Origin: Candidatus Aminicenantes bacterium
Lineage (GTDB): Bacteria; Acidobacteriota; Aminicenantia; Aminicenantales; UBA8522
Assembly (NCBI GenBank): GCA_037444845.1
Contig: JBBILQ010000007.1
Location: forward strand, 6,067 to 70,066
DNA: 64,000 nucleotides
Direction of reading: 5' to 3'
Of this stretch, positions 17,900 to 27,287 are shown one piece after another. Numbering within the stretch: position 1 is the stretch's first letter; each line of letters starts with the position of its first letter. A program made the translations under genes and the position numbers. Under the pieces are notes generated by a model. The model searched no databases. It was not told the origin of the DNA and saw only the letters and a list, made by a program, of their open reading frames with translations.

Positions 17900-19903
17900 A
17901 TGAATAAAGTTATTTGCGGCGTCGGCATGTTTTGCTTAACGTGGTTAAACGCGGTTGTCCCTCTTTGCGGCCTCGAAACGAGGCCCTTGACCCTTCTTGT
18001 CCTGGCGGATGAAGAATGCCGCCAGGATCCGGCCTGGAAGGAGAAAACCAAAGAGGTTGTGGACGCAGCCTCTAAGAGTTTCGAGAAGTCGTTCGGAATC
18101 AGGCTCGCTATCGCCGAGTTCAGCGAGTGGACAAGCTCTGATTATGTCTCCTCCCTTGACCTCCTGGCGGAGGACCTGGAGGCGCGCGTTGAAAAAGGCT
18201 TTCATGATATCGTCGTCGCCTTCACCGCCCAGAAAAGCCTGGACGAAAAATATTATGGATATTCGATTTTCAAGGAGGGAATTGTCGTCCTCAAAATGCC
18301 GGTGGATAGGCAAACGGGTGTTGGAAGTTTGCAGCACGAGATAGCCCACCTTTTCGGCGCTGTCCATGTGGATGATCCGGATTCGCTGATGGACATCTAC
18401 AGCCGGGGGAATGGGTTCGACAGGCTGAATGCCCGAATTATCCTGCTCAACAGAAACCGGTCTTTTCACGGGGCCCGCTTTCCGCTCCCGAAAGAAAGCT
18501 GGGAGGAAACGGCGGAGCTCTGCCGAAAGATAGCGGTTGCCATAAAGCGGGAGGAGATAAGAAGAAAGCTGGATAGGGGGATCGCCCGGCGCCAGAACTT
18601 AGAGGATGTTCACCTTCTCCTGGCGCAGATTTACCTGGAGCAGGAAAAGTATGATGAGGTCATCGCCGAGTGCCAGAAGGCGCTCCGGTTTGACCCGTCG
18701 AACCTGGAAGGCCTGAACCTCCACGGCATCGCCCTGCGGCGAAGCGGCCGCATCGACGAGGCCATCAGACAATACCAGACGATTCTGGAAAAGAAAGGCG
18801 AGCGTTCTCAAGTTCTCTACAACCTGGGGATTGCTTATGGCAAAAAGGGAGAGCTGGAAAGGGCCAGCGATTGCTACTTGAGAGCGATCGAACTGAAACC
18901 CAATTTCGCAGAAGCCCACTCCAATCTCGGAGAAATCCATCTTCGGCTGGACAGGCTCGAAGAATCTGAAACTTCTTTTCTCAAGGCCATCTCAGTTAGC
19001 CCGAGGTTTGCCCTGGCTTATGCCAACCTGGCTGAGCTGTGTCTCAGGAAAAAAGACGATGCGAGGGCTCTTGAACTGGCAGAAAAAGCTGTCGTCCTGG
19101 ACCCGGACCTATCAGCCGCATACGCCGTAAGGGGAAGGGTTCATCACAGGGCCGGAAAGACCGGAGCGGCCAAGAGCGATTTCATGAAAACCTTGGCCTT
19201 GAATTCAAGAGACGAAAAAGCGTGTTATAACCTGGGGAATTGCCATCTGGATGAAGGCCGGGTTGCCGAGGCAGCGGCCATGTTCTTGCGGGCGACCCAT
19301 CTCAACCCGCGGTTTGGCGAAGCTCGCGCCAGCCTCGGCTACTGTCTCCTTCTTGAGAATCGACCAGACGAAGCCATCCGGGAGCTTCATCTGGCCCTGG
19401 AATGCGGTTACGAAACTTCGAATGTTTATCTTAACATGAGTTCCTGTTATCTCAAGAAGAGACAATTTGACGAGGCCATCGCCATGGCCGAGAGAGCCAG
19501 GGTGCTCGACCCTGGCTCTTCGCTCGCCCACAACAACGCGGGGGTTGCCTATGCGGAAAAAGGGATGGTCAAGAGAGCGCTAACGGAGTTTGAGACAGCC
19601 CTCGCTTTGGACCCGAAGAACAAACAGGCCCTCCTCAACTTAGGCAATATCCGTCTTGGGCTTGGAGAACTGGAACGCGCGCTTGATTTCTACCTGAGAA
19701 TTTTGGCGCTCGATCCTTCAGCCGCCGCTGTCCACAACAACGTGGCGGTTATCTATTTCAAGAAGGGTAACTACGAGAAATCCTGGGAACATGCCCGGAG
19801 GGCCGAATCGCTCGGTTTTAAGCTCCATCCGGGTTTCTTGGAAGAGCTGAAAAAGAAGATCAACGTTTCTGTTCGAGATAAGGCCTCAGGTAGCGGCCGG
19901 TGA
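17900..19903 (+). CDS. Metzincin (M12/reprolysin-like) metallopeptidase with long TPR array
   Basis: HEIAHLFGAVH plus Met-turn SLMD, then about a dozen TPR motifs. Confidence 0.8.
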   Translation: MNKVICGVGMFCLTWLNAVVPLCGLETRPLTLLVLADEECRQDPAWKEKTKEVVDAASKSFEKSFGIRLAIAEFSEWTSSDYVSSLDLLAEDLEARVEKGFHDIVVAFTAQKSLDEKYYGYSIFKEGIVVLKMPVDRQTGVGSLQHEIAHLFGAVHVDDPDSLMDIYSRGNGFDRLNARIILLNRNRSFHGARFPLPKESWEETAELCRKIAVAIKREEIRRKLDRGIARRQNLEDVHLLLAQIYLEQEKYDEVIAECQKALRFDPSNLEGLNLHGIALRRSGRIDEAIRQYQTILEKKGERSQVLYNLGIAYGKKGELERASDCYLRAIELKPNFAEAHSNLGEIHLRLDRLEESETSFLKAISVSPRFALAYANLAELCLRKKDDARALELAEKAVVLDPDLSAAYAVRGRVHHRAGKTGAAKSDFMKTLALNSRDEKACYNLGNCHLDEGRVAEAAAMFLRATHLNPRFGEARASLGYCLLLENRPDEAIRELHLALECGYETSNVYLNMSSCYLKKRQFDEAIAMAERARVLDPGSSLAHNNAGVAYAEKGMVKRALTEFETALALDPKNKQALLNLGNIRLGLGELERALDFYLRILALDPSAAAVHNNVAVIYFKKGNYEKSWEHARRAESLGFKLHPGFLEELKKKINVSVRDKASGSGR

Positions 19904-22577
19904 TCGACTTTCTGGACCAGGCGACCGCCTCGGGAGTTCCTTCGGCGACGATCTCGCCTCCCCTGTCGCCTCCTTCAGGGCCGAGGTCGATGACGTTGTC
20001 GGCGCACTTGATGATGTCCAGGTTATGCTCGATGACGACGACCGTGTGTCCCTCGGAGACAAGCTTCTGGAAGCACCTGAGCAGGACCGAGACATCGTCA
20101 ACGTGAAGCCCGATGGTCGGCTCATCGAAAAGGTAAAGGATTCGCTTCTGTTTCTCATGGACGAGATGATAGGCTAACTTGATCCTCTGCAGCTCCCCGC
20201 CGGAGAGAGTCGTTGTCGGCTGGCCTAACCGGAGGTAGCCGAGCCCGACTTCCTCGAGCGGCGCCAGTCTGTTCCTGACATCGCCGCGGTCAGCGAAGAA
20301 GTCCCTCGCTTCGGTGACGCTCAGGGCCAGGACTTGGTCGATATTCAGGCCTCTGTACTTGACCTCGAGGATTTCCTTGCGGAAGCGCTTGCCTTTGCAG
20401 GCATCACAGGTGAGGACGACATCCGACAGGAACTGCATCTCGACAATCTGTTGACCTGCGCCCTTGCACTCCTCGCAGCGTCCTCCCGGCGTGTTGAAGG
20501 AGAAATAACCCGGCTTGTAGCCGAAGGCCTTAGCTTCGCGCGTCTGGCTGAAGAGATCCCGGATGCCGTCCATAGCCTTGGTATAAGTAGCGGGGATGGA
20601 GCGCGGAGAAGTACTGACCGGGGATTGGTCGACCATGATGACCTTGTCTACACGGTACTTCCCCTTGATCTCGCGGAACCCATCCTTTGCTTCGCCTCTC
20701 CAGCCGCGGAAGAGGACATCGTAAAGGAGAGTGCTCTTGCCCGAGCCCGAAACACCGGTAACGCAGGTGAAAATGCCGAGAGGAAGGCGGATATCGAGAT
20801 GCTTCAGGTTGTGCTTGGAGGCGTCCTTGATTTCGATGAGGCCGGTCGGACGCCGCCGGCGATCGGGCAGGTCGATTTTTTTTATTCCCTTCAAGTACTG
20901 AGCGGTGAGTGTGTTATGGTTTTTGAGGAATTCACGGAAAGGACCAGAGTAGAGGACCTCGCCCCCGGCTTCGCCCGCCCGCGGGCCCAGGTCGATGAGG
21001 TGCTCCGCTTGTCGGATGATTTCCGGGTCATGCTCGACAACAAGAACGGTGTTGCCGATGTCTTTGAGAGATTTAAGAATCTGGACAAGACGACGGTTGT
21101 CGCGGGCATGGAGGCCGATGCTCGGCTCATCCAGGACAAACAGGGTGCCGACAAGAGAAGCGCTCAGGGCGGCGGCGAGGTTGATCCGCTGGGCTTCACC
21201 GCCGCTAAGCGTGAAGGTCATCCGGTCGAGAGTGAGGTAATCGAGGCCGACTTCAAGGAGGAAGCGGAGCCTGTTTTGGACCTCGGCCATGAGTTTCTCG
21301 GCGACGCGCTGCTCGAAGGGCGTGAGGCTGAGACCCTGGAAAAAAGAAAAGGCTTCCTTGACCGTCATCCTGGCCACATCCCCGATCGACCGGCCTTTGA
21401 CCTTGACGCTCAGGGCCTGGGGGTTAAGCCGCGTGCCGCCGCAGGCCGCGCAGGGCACATACTTTCGGTAGCGGCTGAGAAAAACCCGGACCTGGACTTT
21501 GTATTTTTTTGTCTCTATCCAGTCGAAGAACCCCTTGACGCCTTCATAGCCGCCTCCTCCCTCCATGACGAATCGCTGCTGGTCAGGTTTAAGCTTCGAG
21601 TAGGACAGGCTCGTGGGGATGCCTTTTTTTCTGGCTTCGCGGATGAGCTCTTTCATCCACCAGTGCGAGCCCGCCTTTGTCCAGGGCTCGACAGCGCCAT
21701 CTTCAAGGCTCTTCGTTTTGTCCGGGATGATCTTGTCTTCGTCTAAGACAGCCAGGTCTCCGAACCCGTGGCAAACCGGGCAAGCTCCCTGGGGGCTGTT
21801 GAATGAAAAAAGGTTGGGAAAAGGCGCCTCGTAGAGAGCCCGGCATTCTTTGCACTCCAGGCGGTCGGAGAAGAGGAATTCTCTTCCCGCTTCAGCCCTG
21901 ACGGTCGCCCGGCCGTCGCCTTTTTTTAAGGCGATCTCGAGTGAATCGACCAGCCGCTCTCTATCCTCGGGGTCGAGGGCGAGCCTGTCGACGAGGACGT
22001 CGACCGCCGGTTTGTCGCCGGCATCAGCGTCTTCAAGGTTTTTAATCTGACCATCCTGGACGATCCTTGAAAACCCCTCTTTCTTGAGTGAGGCCAGTTT
22101 TTTATCGATCGGCCAGGAGAAAAGAATGAGCAGGCGCGTTCGAGGCGGAAGCTTAAAAAGCGTCTCCACCGCGCCGTCGATCGTATCGCGCCGGACCGGC
22201 CGGCCGCAGCGGAGGCAGTGGATGAGGCCGATGCGGGCGAAGAGGACGCGAAGGAAATCGTGGATTTCCGTGACTGTGGCCACGGTTGAGCGCGGGTTCT
22301 TGGTCGCTGCCTTCTGCTGGATGGCGATGGCCGGAGTGATGCCGTCGATGAGGTCGGCGTCGGGCTTGTCCATGCGCTCAAGGAACTGGCGGGCGTAAGA
22401 GGAGAGACTCTCGATGTAGCGGCGCTGGCCCTCAGCGTAGAGGGTGTCGAAAGCCAGGGAGGATTTCCCCGACCCGCTGACTCCTGTGACGACGATGAGC
22501 TTGTAGAGAGGAAGGTCAAGGTTGATATTCTTCAGGTTGTGGACTCTGACTCCTCGAAGAATGATTTTTTCTTCCAT
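19860..22577 (-). CDS. uvrA: Excinuclease ABC subunit UvrA
   Basis: Two GVSGSGKS Walker A motifs, LSGGE signatures, HNLK motifs and CxxC zinc fingers. Confidence 0.95.
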   Translation of the reverse strand: MEEKIILRGVRVHNLKNINLDLPLYKLIVVTGVSGSGKSSLAFDTLYAEGQRRYIESLSSYARQFLERMDKPDADLIDGITPAIAIQQKAATKNPRSTVATVTEIHDFLRVLFARIGLIHCLRCGRPVRRDTIDGAVETLFKLPPRTRLLILFSWPIDKKLASLKKEGFSRIVQDGQIKNLEDADAGDKPAVDVLVDRLALDPEDRERLVDSLEIALKKGDGRATVRAEAGREFLFSDRLECKECRALYEAPFPNLFSFNSPQGACPVCHGFGDLAVLDEDKIIPDKTKSLEDGAVEPWTKAGSHWWMKELIREARKKGIPTSLSYSKLKPDQQRFVMEGGGGYEGVKGFFDWIETKKYKVQVRVFLSRYRKYVPCAACGGTRLNPQALSVKVKGRSIGDVARMTVKEAFSFFQGLSLTPFEQRVAEKLMAEVQNRLRFLLEVGLDYLTLDRMTFTLSGGEAQRINLAAALSASLVGTLFVLDEPSIGLHARDNRRLVQILKSLKDIGNTVLVVEHDPEIIRQAEHLIDLGPRAGEAGGEVLYSGPFREFLKNHNTLTAQYLKGIKKIDLPDRRRRPTGLIEIKDASKHNLKHLDIRLPLGIFTCVTGVSGSGKSTLLYDVLFRGWRGEAKDGFREIKGKYRVDKVIMVDQSPVSTSPRSIPATYTKAMDGIRDLFSQTREAKAFGYKPGYFSFNTPGGRCEECKGAGQQIVEMQFLSDVVLTCDACKGKRFRKEILEVKYRGLNIDQVLALSVTEARDFFADRGDVRNRLAPLEEVGLGYLRLGQPTTTLSGGELQRIKLAYHLVHEKQKRILYLFDEPTIGLHVDDVSVLLRCFQKLVSEGHTVVVIEHNLDIIKCADNVIDLGPEGGDRGGEIVAEGTPEAVAWSRKSITGRYLRPYLEQKR

Positions 22578-22827
22578 GGCGCGCTGGTGAAGCATTTATT
22601 ATAAACCTAAATTGTGACAGCATACATAACCACCCCAATTTTTTTCATAAGATTACTTTTTTATTCAAAAATTATTCTCTTAGCTCCGGGGCCCAGGTTG
22701 TGATTACGTTCTTAGGCCATTGAACAGCTCCTTTCGATACCTCCCGGGGTGCTTTCTGGCGCAGAAAAATTGGGTAGACGAGTGAGATGTCCCCAATTTT
22801 AAATTTTATACGGAGCCTGCGATTTCC

Positions 22828-22856
22828 TTGAGAAGGCGCTGGCGTTTGCATATAAT
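22828..22856 (+). promoter_or_regulatory. Sigma70 promoter of the DUF3311-SSS operon
   Basis: TTGAGA-17 bp-TATAAT, about 30 nt upstream of the ATG with AGGAGG RBS. Confidence 0.6.
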
Positions 22857-22885
22857 GGGCGGAGCTTCAAGAAAGGAGGCCGCTC

Positions 22886-23107
22886 ATGCTAAAAGGGACA
22901 AAGCTGGCCCTCATCTTTGGTTCCATACCTTTCCTGACTCTCGTTTTTGCGCTGCCGCTTGTTAACAGAATTAAGCCCATCATCCTTGGCTTTCCGTTCG
23001 TCCTTTTCTGGGTCATCCTCTGGGTATTCCTGACGCCATTTATCTTGATGGCCGCCTACTGGGCGGAGAAGAAGTTCAATAAGAGCGACAGGACCGGCGA
23101 CTCATGA
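22886..23107 (+). CDS. DUF3311 small membrane partner of SSS transporter
   Basis: NRIKPIILGFPFVLFW; overlaps the SSS start. Confidence 0.8.
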   Translation: MLKGTKLALIFGSIPFLTLVFALPLVNRIKPIILGFPFVLFWVILWVFLTPFILMAAYWAEKKFNKSDRTGDS

Positions 23108-24519
23108 ACACGGCGCTCCTGATCATCTTCGCCACGATCGTCTTTTCGGCCGGCCTCGGCATCTTTGCCGGCCGGAAAGTCAAGATGAACTTAGAGAACT
23201 GGACCGTGGGCGGCCGCCGCTTCGGCGTCCTCCTGATCTGGCTCCTCATGGCCGGAGAAATCTACACGACCTTCACTTTCCTGGGGGCCAGCGGCTGGGC
23301 TTATTCCAGGGGCGCGCCGACGTTTTATATCCTGATCTACGGAACCCTGGCCTACACCGTCTCCTTTTTCATTTTGCCGGCGATATGGAAAGTGGGAAAG
23401 CGCTACGGGCTTCATACCCAGCCGGATTTTTTCATCAAGAGGTACGAAAGCCGCGGCCTGGGGGTTCTTGTGGCTGCCATTGGAGTTCTCTCCATCCTCC
23501 CTTATCTTCAGCTCCAGCTCGCCGGTCTCGGGCTCATCGTCGAGGTGGCGAGCAACGGCGCTATCCGACCCAATGCCGCGATCCTCGTCGGGTTTGTCCT
23601 GACCTGCGCCTTTGTCTACACGAGCGGCATCCGCGGGACGGCCTGGGTGTCCATCATCAAGGATGTCATGATGATTGCTGCCGTGGCGGTTGTCGGGATA
23701 GGGGTTCCGCACATTTACTTCGGAGGCTTCGATAAGATGTTCCGGGCTCTTCTGGAGGCGCATCCTGGACATCTTGTCTTCCCGGGCGCGGCGCCGGGTA
23801 TGGACGTCCTCTGGGTCATGTCAACGGTGTTATTGACCGGTCTCGGCTTTTACATGTGGCCGCACGTTTTCGGGTCGGCTTTCTCGGCCCGGAGCGCGGA
23901 GACGATCAAGAGGAACGCCGTCATCATGCCCTTCTATCAGATTCCGGTCCTGCTCGTTGTCATGGTCGGGTTCACGGCGCTTCTTGTCATCCCGGGGCTT
24001 AGGAACGGCGACCTGGCTTTCCTCGAACTCGTCAATAAAACGTATCCCTCGTGGTTCATGGGGTTTGTCGGAGCAGCCGGCGCAGTCACGGCCATGGTGC
24101 CATCCTCCGTCCTGGTGCTTTTTGCTTCCACGTTGCTCGCTAAGAATGTTTATCAGGCAGGCTTTGCGCCTAAAGCCAGCGAAGAGAAGGTTCTCGGCCT
24201 GTCGCGCCTCATGGTCCTCGTCATCATGGGGTTTGCCCTTCTTTTTGCCCTTTTCCTTCCTAATGCCCTGGTTAACCTTCTTCTCATCGGCTACAACGGC
24301 GTCAGCCAGTTTTTCCCGGGCGTTGTCCTGGGTTTGTTCTGGAAAGGAGTGAGCCGCCGGGGAGTCGTTTGGGGGCTGGTGACGGGGTTTGTCCTGGCGG
24401 CCGTCCTCGTCTTCAGCCGGCATGACCCGTTTCTGGGCTTGAACGCCGGGTTTGTGGCTCTGGTCGTGAATGCTGCCGTGACCGTGGCCGTCAGCCTATT
24501 CGGGGGGCATCGACAATGA
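23104..24519 (+). CDS. Sodium:solute symporter (YodF/YhjB-like)
   Basis: WTVGGRRFG, AGEIYTTFTFLG, SGIRG and about 13 TM helices. Confidence 0.9.
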   Translation: MNTALLIIFATIVFSAGLGIFAGRKVKMNLENWTVGGRRFGVLLIWLLMAGEIYTTFTFLGASGWAYSRGAPTFYILIYGTLAYTVSFFILPAIWKVGKRYGLHTQPDFFIKRYESRGLGVLVAAIGVLSILPYLQLQLAGLGLIVEVASNGAIRPNAAILVGFVLTCAFVYTSGIRGTAWVSIIKDVMMIAAVAVVGIGVPHIYFGGFDKMFRALLEAHPGHLVFPGAAPGMDVLWVMSTVLLTGLGFYMWPHVFGSAFSARSAETIKRNAVIMPFYQIPVLLVVMVGFTALLVIPGLRNGDLAFLELVNKTYPSWFMGFVGAAGAVTAMVPSSVLVLFASTLLAKNVYQAGFAPKASEEKVLGLSRLMVLVIMGFALLFALFLPNALVNLLLIGYNGVSQFFPGVVLGLFWKGVSRRGVVWGLVTGFVLAAVLVFSRHDPFLGLNAGFVALVVNAAVTVAVSLFGGHRQ

Positions 24520-24628
24520 CTTGTATCTCCTTCATAAAGATGAGGATTTCGACCGGATCAAGGAAGTTTCGCCCCTCAAGACATGGGGTTGAAAAAAATT
24601 AGGAATTTTGAAAGCGGGGAGGCAAGGA

Positions 24629-25831
24629 ATGAACAAATTTAGAAGTGATAATGGTGGAACGCTGGCTAATTTGAAGGGCGATATCAACGCCTTGGTGGGG
24701 GAGCTCGTTCGCTGGCGGCGCGATTTTCACCGGCATCCGGAGATCGCCAACGAGGAGAAGAGGACCTCAGATGTCATCCGTCGCTTCCTGGAAGACCTCG
24801 GGCTTCCGGTCCGGTCGGCTGCGGGGACTGGCCTTATCGCCGTGTTAGAAGGAGCCGGAAAGGGGAAGACCGTCGCTTTGCGCGCAGACATGGATGCGCT
24901 GCCTCTTCAAGAGGAGGGCGATAAGGAGTACAAATCCTTAAACGCAGGCGCCGCTCACGCCTGCGGCCACGACGGCCACATGGCGATTCTAATGGGCGTA
25001 GCGAAATTTCTGGCCGGAAGAAAAGACGGTTTTCCGGGCCGCGTCGTTTTCCTTTTCCAGCCGGCTGAAGAGAGGCCGCCCGGCGGGGCAAAAAGGATGA
25101 TCGAGGAGGGAGCGCTCGAAGGAGTTGATGCGGTCTTCGGCCTTCATCTCTGGCAGCCGCTCCCTACGGGCACGGTCGGCATCGTCAAGGGCGCGATGAT
25201 GGCTCAGTCGGATGAATTTTCCCTCGTCGTCAGGGGAAAAGGCGGCCACGGCTCGATGCCGCACACGGCCATTGACCCCATCCTCGCAGCCTCTCACATC
25301 GTCGTTAACGTCCAGACGATCGTCAGCCGGAACGTTGACCCGCTCAAACCGTGCGTCGTGTCCTTCGGCACGGTGAGCGGCGGAACGGTCTTCAACATCA
25401 TCCCGGCCGAGGTTTCGCTGAGCGGCACCGTGAGGAGCTTCGACGCATCTATCCAGGACCTGGCCCAGCGACGGCTGCAGGAAATCGCAGAGGAAACAGC
25501 CAGAGCCTTAGGTGCGTCGTGTAGCTTCAATTATGTCAAAGGTTATCCTGCTCTGGTGAATCACTCGGGGATGGTGGATTTCGTCACGGGCATGGCCGCG
25601 AAAGTTTTCGGAGAAAACTGCCTTAAACGCATCGACCCGATCATGGGCGGGGAAGATTTCGCTTATTATCTCCAGGAAGTTCCGGGCGCATTTTTCTTCT
25701 TCGGCGCTGGCGACGGCTGTCCCTTTCCGCACCATCACCCTGGTTTTGAAATCGACGAGAAGGCGCTGCCGCAGGCGGTCCTTCTGATGGCCTCTCTGGC
25801 CGTTGAATTTCTGGAGGGCCGTCAGCCGTGA
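24629..25831 (+). CDS. M20D amidohydrolase
   Basis: HRHPE, RADMDALP, HACGHDGH, FQPAEE, GGHGS, GEDF and HHP. Confidence 0.92.
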   Translation: MNKFRSDNGGTLANLKGDINALVGELVRWRRDFHRHPEIANEEKRTSDVIRRFLEDLGLPVRSAAGTGLIAVLEGAGKGKTVALRADMDALPLQEEGDKEYKSLNAGAAHACGHDGHMAILMGVAKFLAGRKDGFPGRVVFLFQPAEERPPGGAKRMIEEGALEGVDAVFGLHLWQPLPTGTVGIVKGAMMAQSDEFSLVVRGKGGHGSMPHTAIDPILAASHIVVNVQTIVSRNVDPLKPCVVSFGTVSGGTVFNIIPAEVSLSGTVRSFDASIQDLAQRRLQEIAEETARALGASCSFNYVKGYPALVNHSGMVDFVTGMAAKVFGENCLKRIDPIMGGEDFAYYLQEVPGAFFFFGAGDGCPFPHHHPGFEIDEKALPQAVLLMASLAVEFLEGRQP

Positions 25832-26388
25832 ATTTCCTGGTCGTCTTAGGTCTGGCTTTTGCCCTGGCCATGGACGCTTTCGCCGTTTCGCTCGGCCTCG
25901 GGCTGAACCTGGTCCGGGCGTCGATTAGCCAGACGTTCCGGCTTGCTTCTTCGTTCGGGCTTTTTCAGTTCATGATGCCGGTCATCGGCTGGAGCGCCGG
26001 GACGACAATTATCAGGTTTGTCGAACGCTTCGACCACTGGGTTGCCTTCGCTCTCCTTTTAGGTGTCGGCAGCAGAATGATTTTAGAGTCGTTCAAAGGC
26101 GGCGAAGACATCAGAGTTAAGAAATCTGACCCCACCAAGGGCTTTCCCCTTTTGGTCCTTTCTGTCGCGACAAGCCTCGATTCCTTAGCGGTAGGATTGA
26201 GCTTAGGTGCCCTGCGTGTGGCTGTCGTCTATCCCGCGGCGATCATCGGCATTGTCGCTTTTATGATGACGGTGGTCGGCATGAAGCTTGGCCCTCTCGC
26301 CGGGCGAGTCATCGGAAAACGCGCGGAGCTGGCCGGCGGGCTGATTCTCATCCTCATCGGCATCAAGATCCTGGCCGACCACCTGTGA
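25828..26388 (+). CDS. mntP: Manganese efflux pump MntP
   Basis: AMDAFAVS, FGLFQFMMP, DHWVAF, ATSLDSLAVG and AELAGGLILI. Confidence 0.88.
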   Translation: MNFLVVLGLAFALAMDAFAVSLGLGLNLVRASISQTFRLASSFGLFQFMMPVIGWSAGTTIIRFVERFDHWVAFALLLGVGSRMILESFKGGEDIRVKKSDPTKGFPLLVLSVATSLDSLAVGLSLGALRVAVVYPAAIIGIVAFMMTVVGMKLGPLAGRVIGKRAELAGGLILILIGIKILADHL

Positions 26389-26469
26389 ATTTCAACCGGA
26401 AGAATATCCCTTCATTGCGGTTGCATTGGTATTCCGTTCTTTCCCGAGAGATGCCGCCAGAACCAGAGT

Positions 26470-26898
26470 CTATTTCTCAGGCAGGATGAACTCGTAGTCG
26501 ACGAGGCAGTTATAGCTGTTGGAATAAACGAGAACGGCGTCGGGGCTTGTTCTGCCGATGCACAACCGATATGTTTTTCCGGGGATGAACTTTATCCCTT
26601 TTTTGGCTTTCATCTTGACCGAGTAAGCGTTTGTTGCCCCCAACCTGACCGTGGGAAACCACCCCTCCGCAATCGGCGCCTCCCCATCCAGGACGAGATG
26701 ATAGAGGTGAGACTCCATGAATTCCACCCTGATCTGGAATTCAATTTCATCTGGCGAGGAACGAATGACCCCGAAATACTCGCTTGGGGGTTGAGCGCCG
26801 CGGTAAAAACGCATTTTGCTCTTCTGCGGAGAAGCGCAGGATACGATAAGGACTCCCGCAGTTATCAAAACAAATATTTTTAATTTGATATGCCCCAT
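26470..26898 (-). CDS. Hypothetical lipoprotein
   Basis: ATG after GAGG; lipobox IVS-C. Confidence 0.6.
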   Translation of the reverse strand: MGHIKLKIFVLITAGVLIVSCASPQKSKMRFYRGAQPPSEYFGVIRSSPDEIEFQIRVEFMESHLYHLVLDGEAPIAEGWFPTVRLGATNAYSVKMKAKKGIKFIPGKTYRLCIGRTSPDAVLVYSNSYNCLVDYEFILPEK

Positions 26899-27133
26899 GT
26901 TTTCCTCTTTGTCTTTTATTATGCAAAAAAACGCCCGGCTTTCAAGACAGAGACAAGAATACCGGGATGACAGAAGAAGAGTTTTTCTCACTCCGGAAGC
27001 GCTTCACCGTTCGCTTCTCGGCGGCGATCTCCGGCCGGCTTTAAACAGATTTGTCGAAGATTCGCGGCTTCAAGGAAATCGAGTATAAAGCGATTGCCAA
27101 GGAACTGGGACAAAGAGGAGTGGTGACTACTAA

Positions 27134-27287
27134 CCTGGACTATTCACGAAATGAAAGGAAAAAATCCCCTCTCCCCATGTGGGAGAGGGTCGGGGTGAGG
27201 GGGATCATTCAAAGATTCCCCCTCCCCTCTATCCCCTCCCGCCAGGGGAGGGGGCGTTTTATCGTATCATTTTGTGAATAGATCAGG
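27134..27287 (-). mobile_element. 154-bp MITE copy 2 (inverted)
   Basis: Reverse complement of copy 1; CTAA duplicated at 27130-27133 and 27288-27291. Confidence 0.92.

Noticed and set aside
27051-27281. Short ORFs sharing LDYSRNERKKSPLPMWERVGVRG (also 55062-55331)
   Set aside because: The shared peptide is just translation through the MITE.
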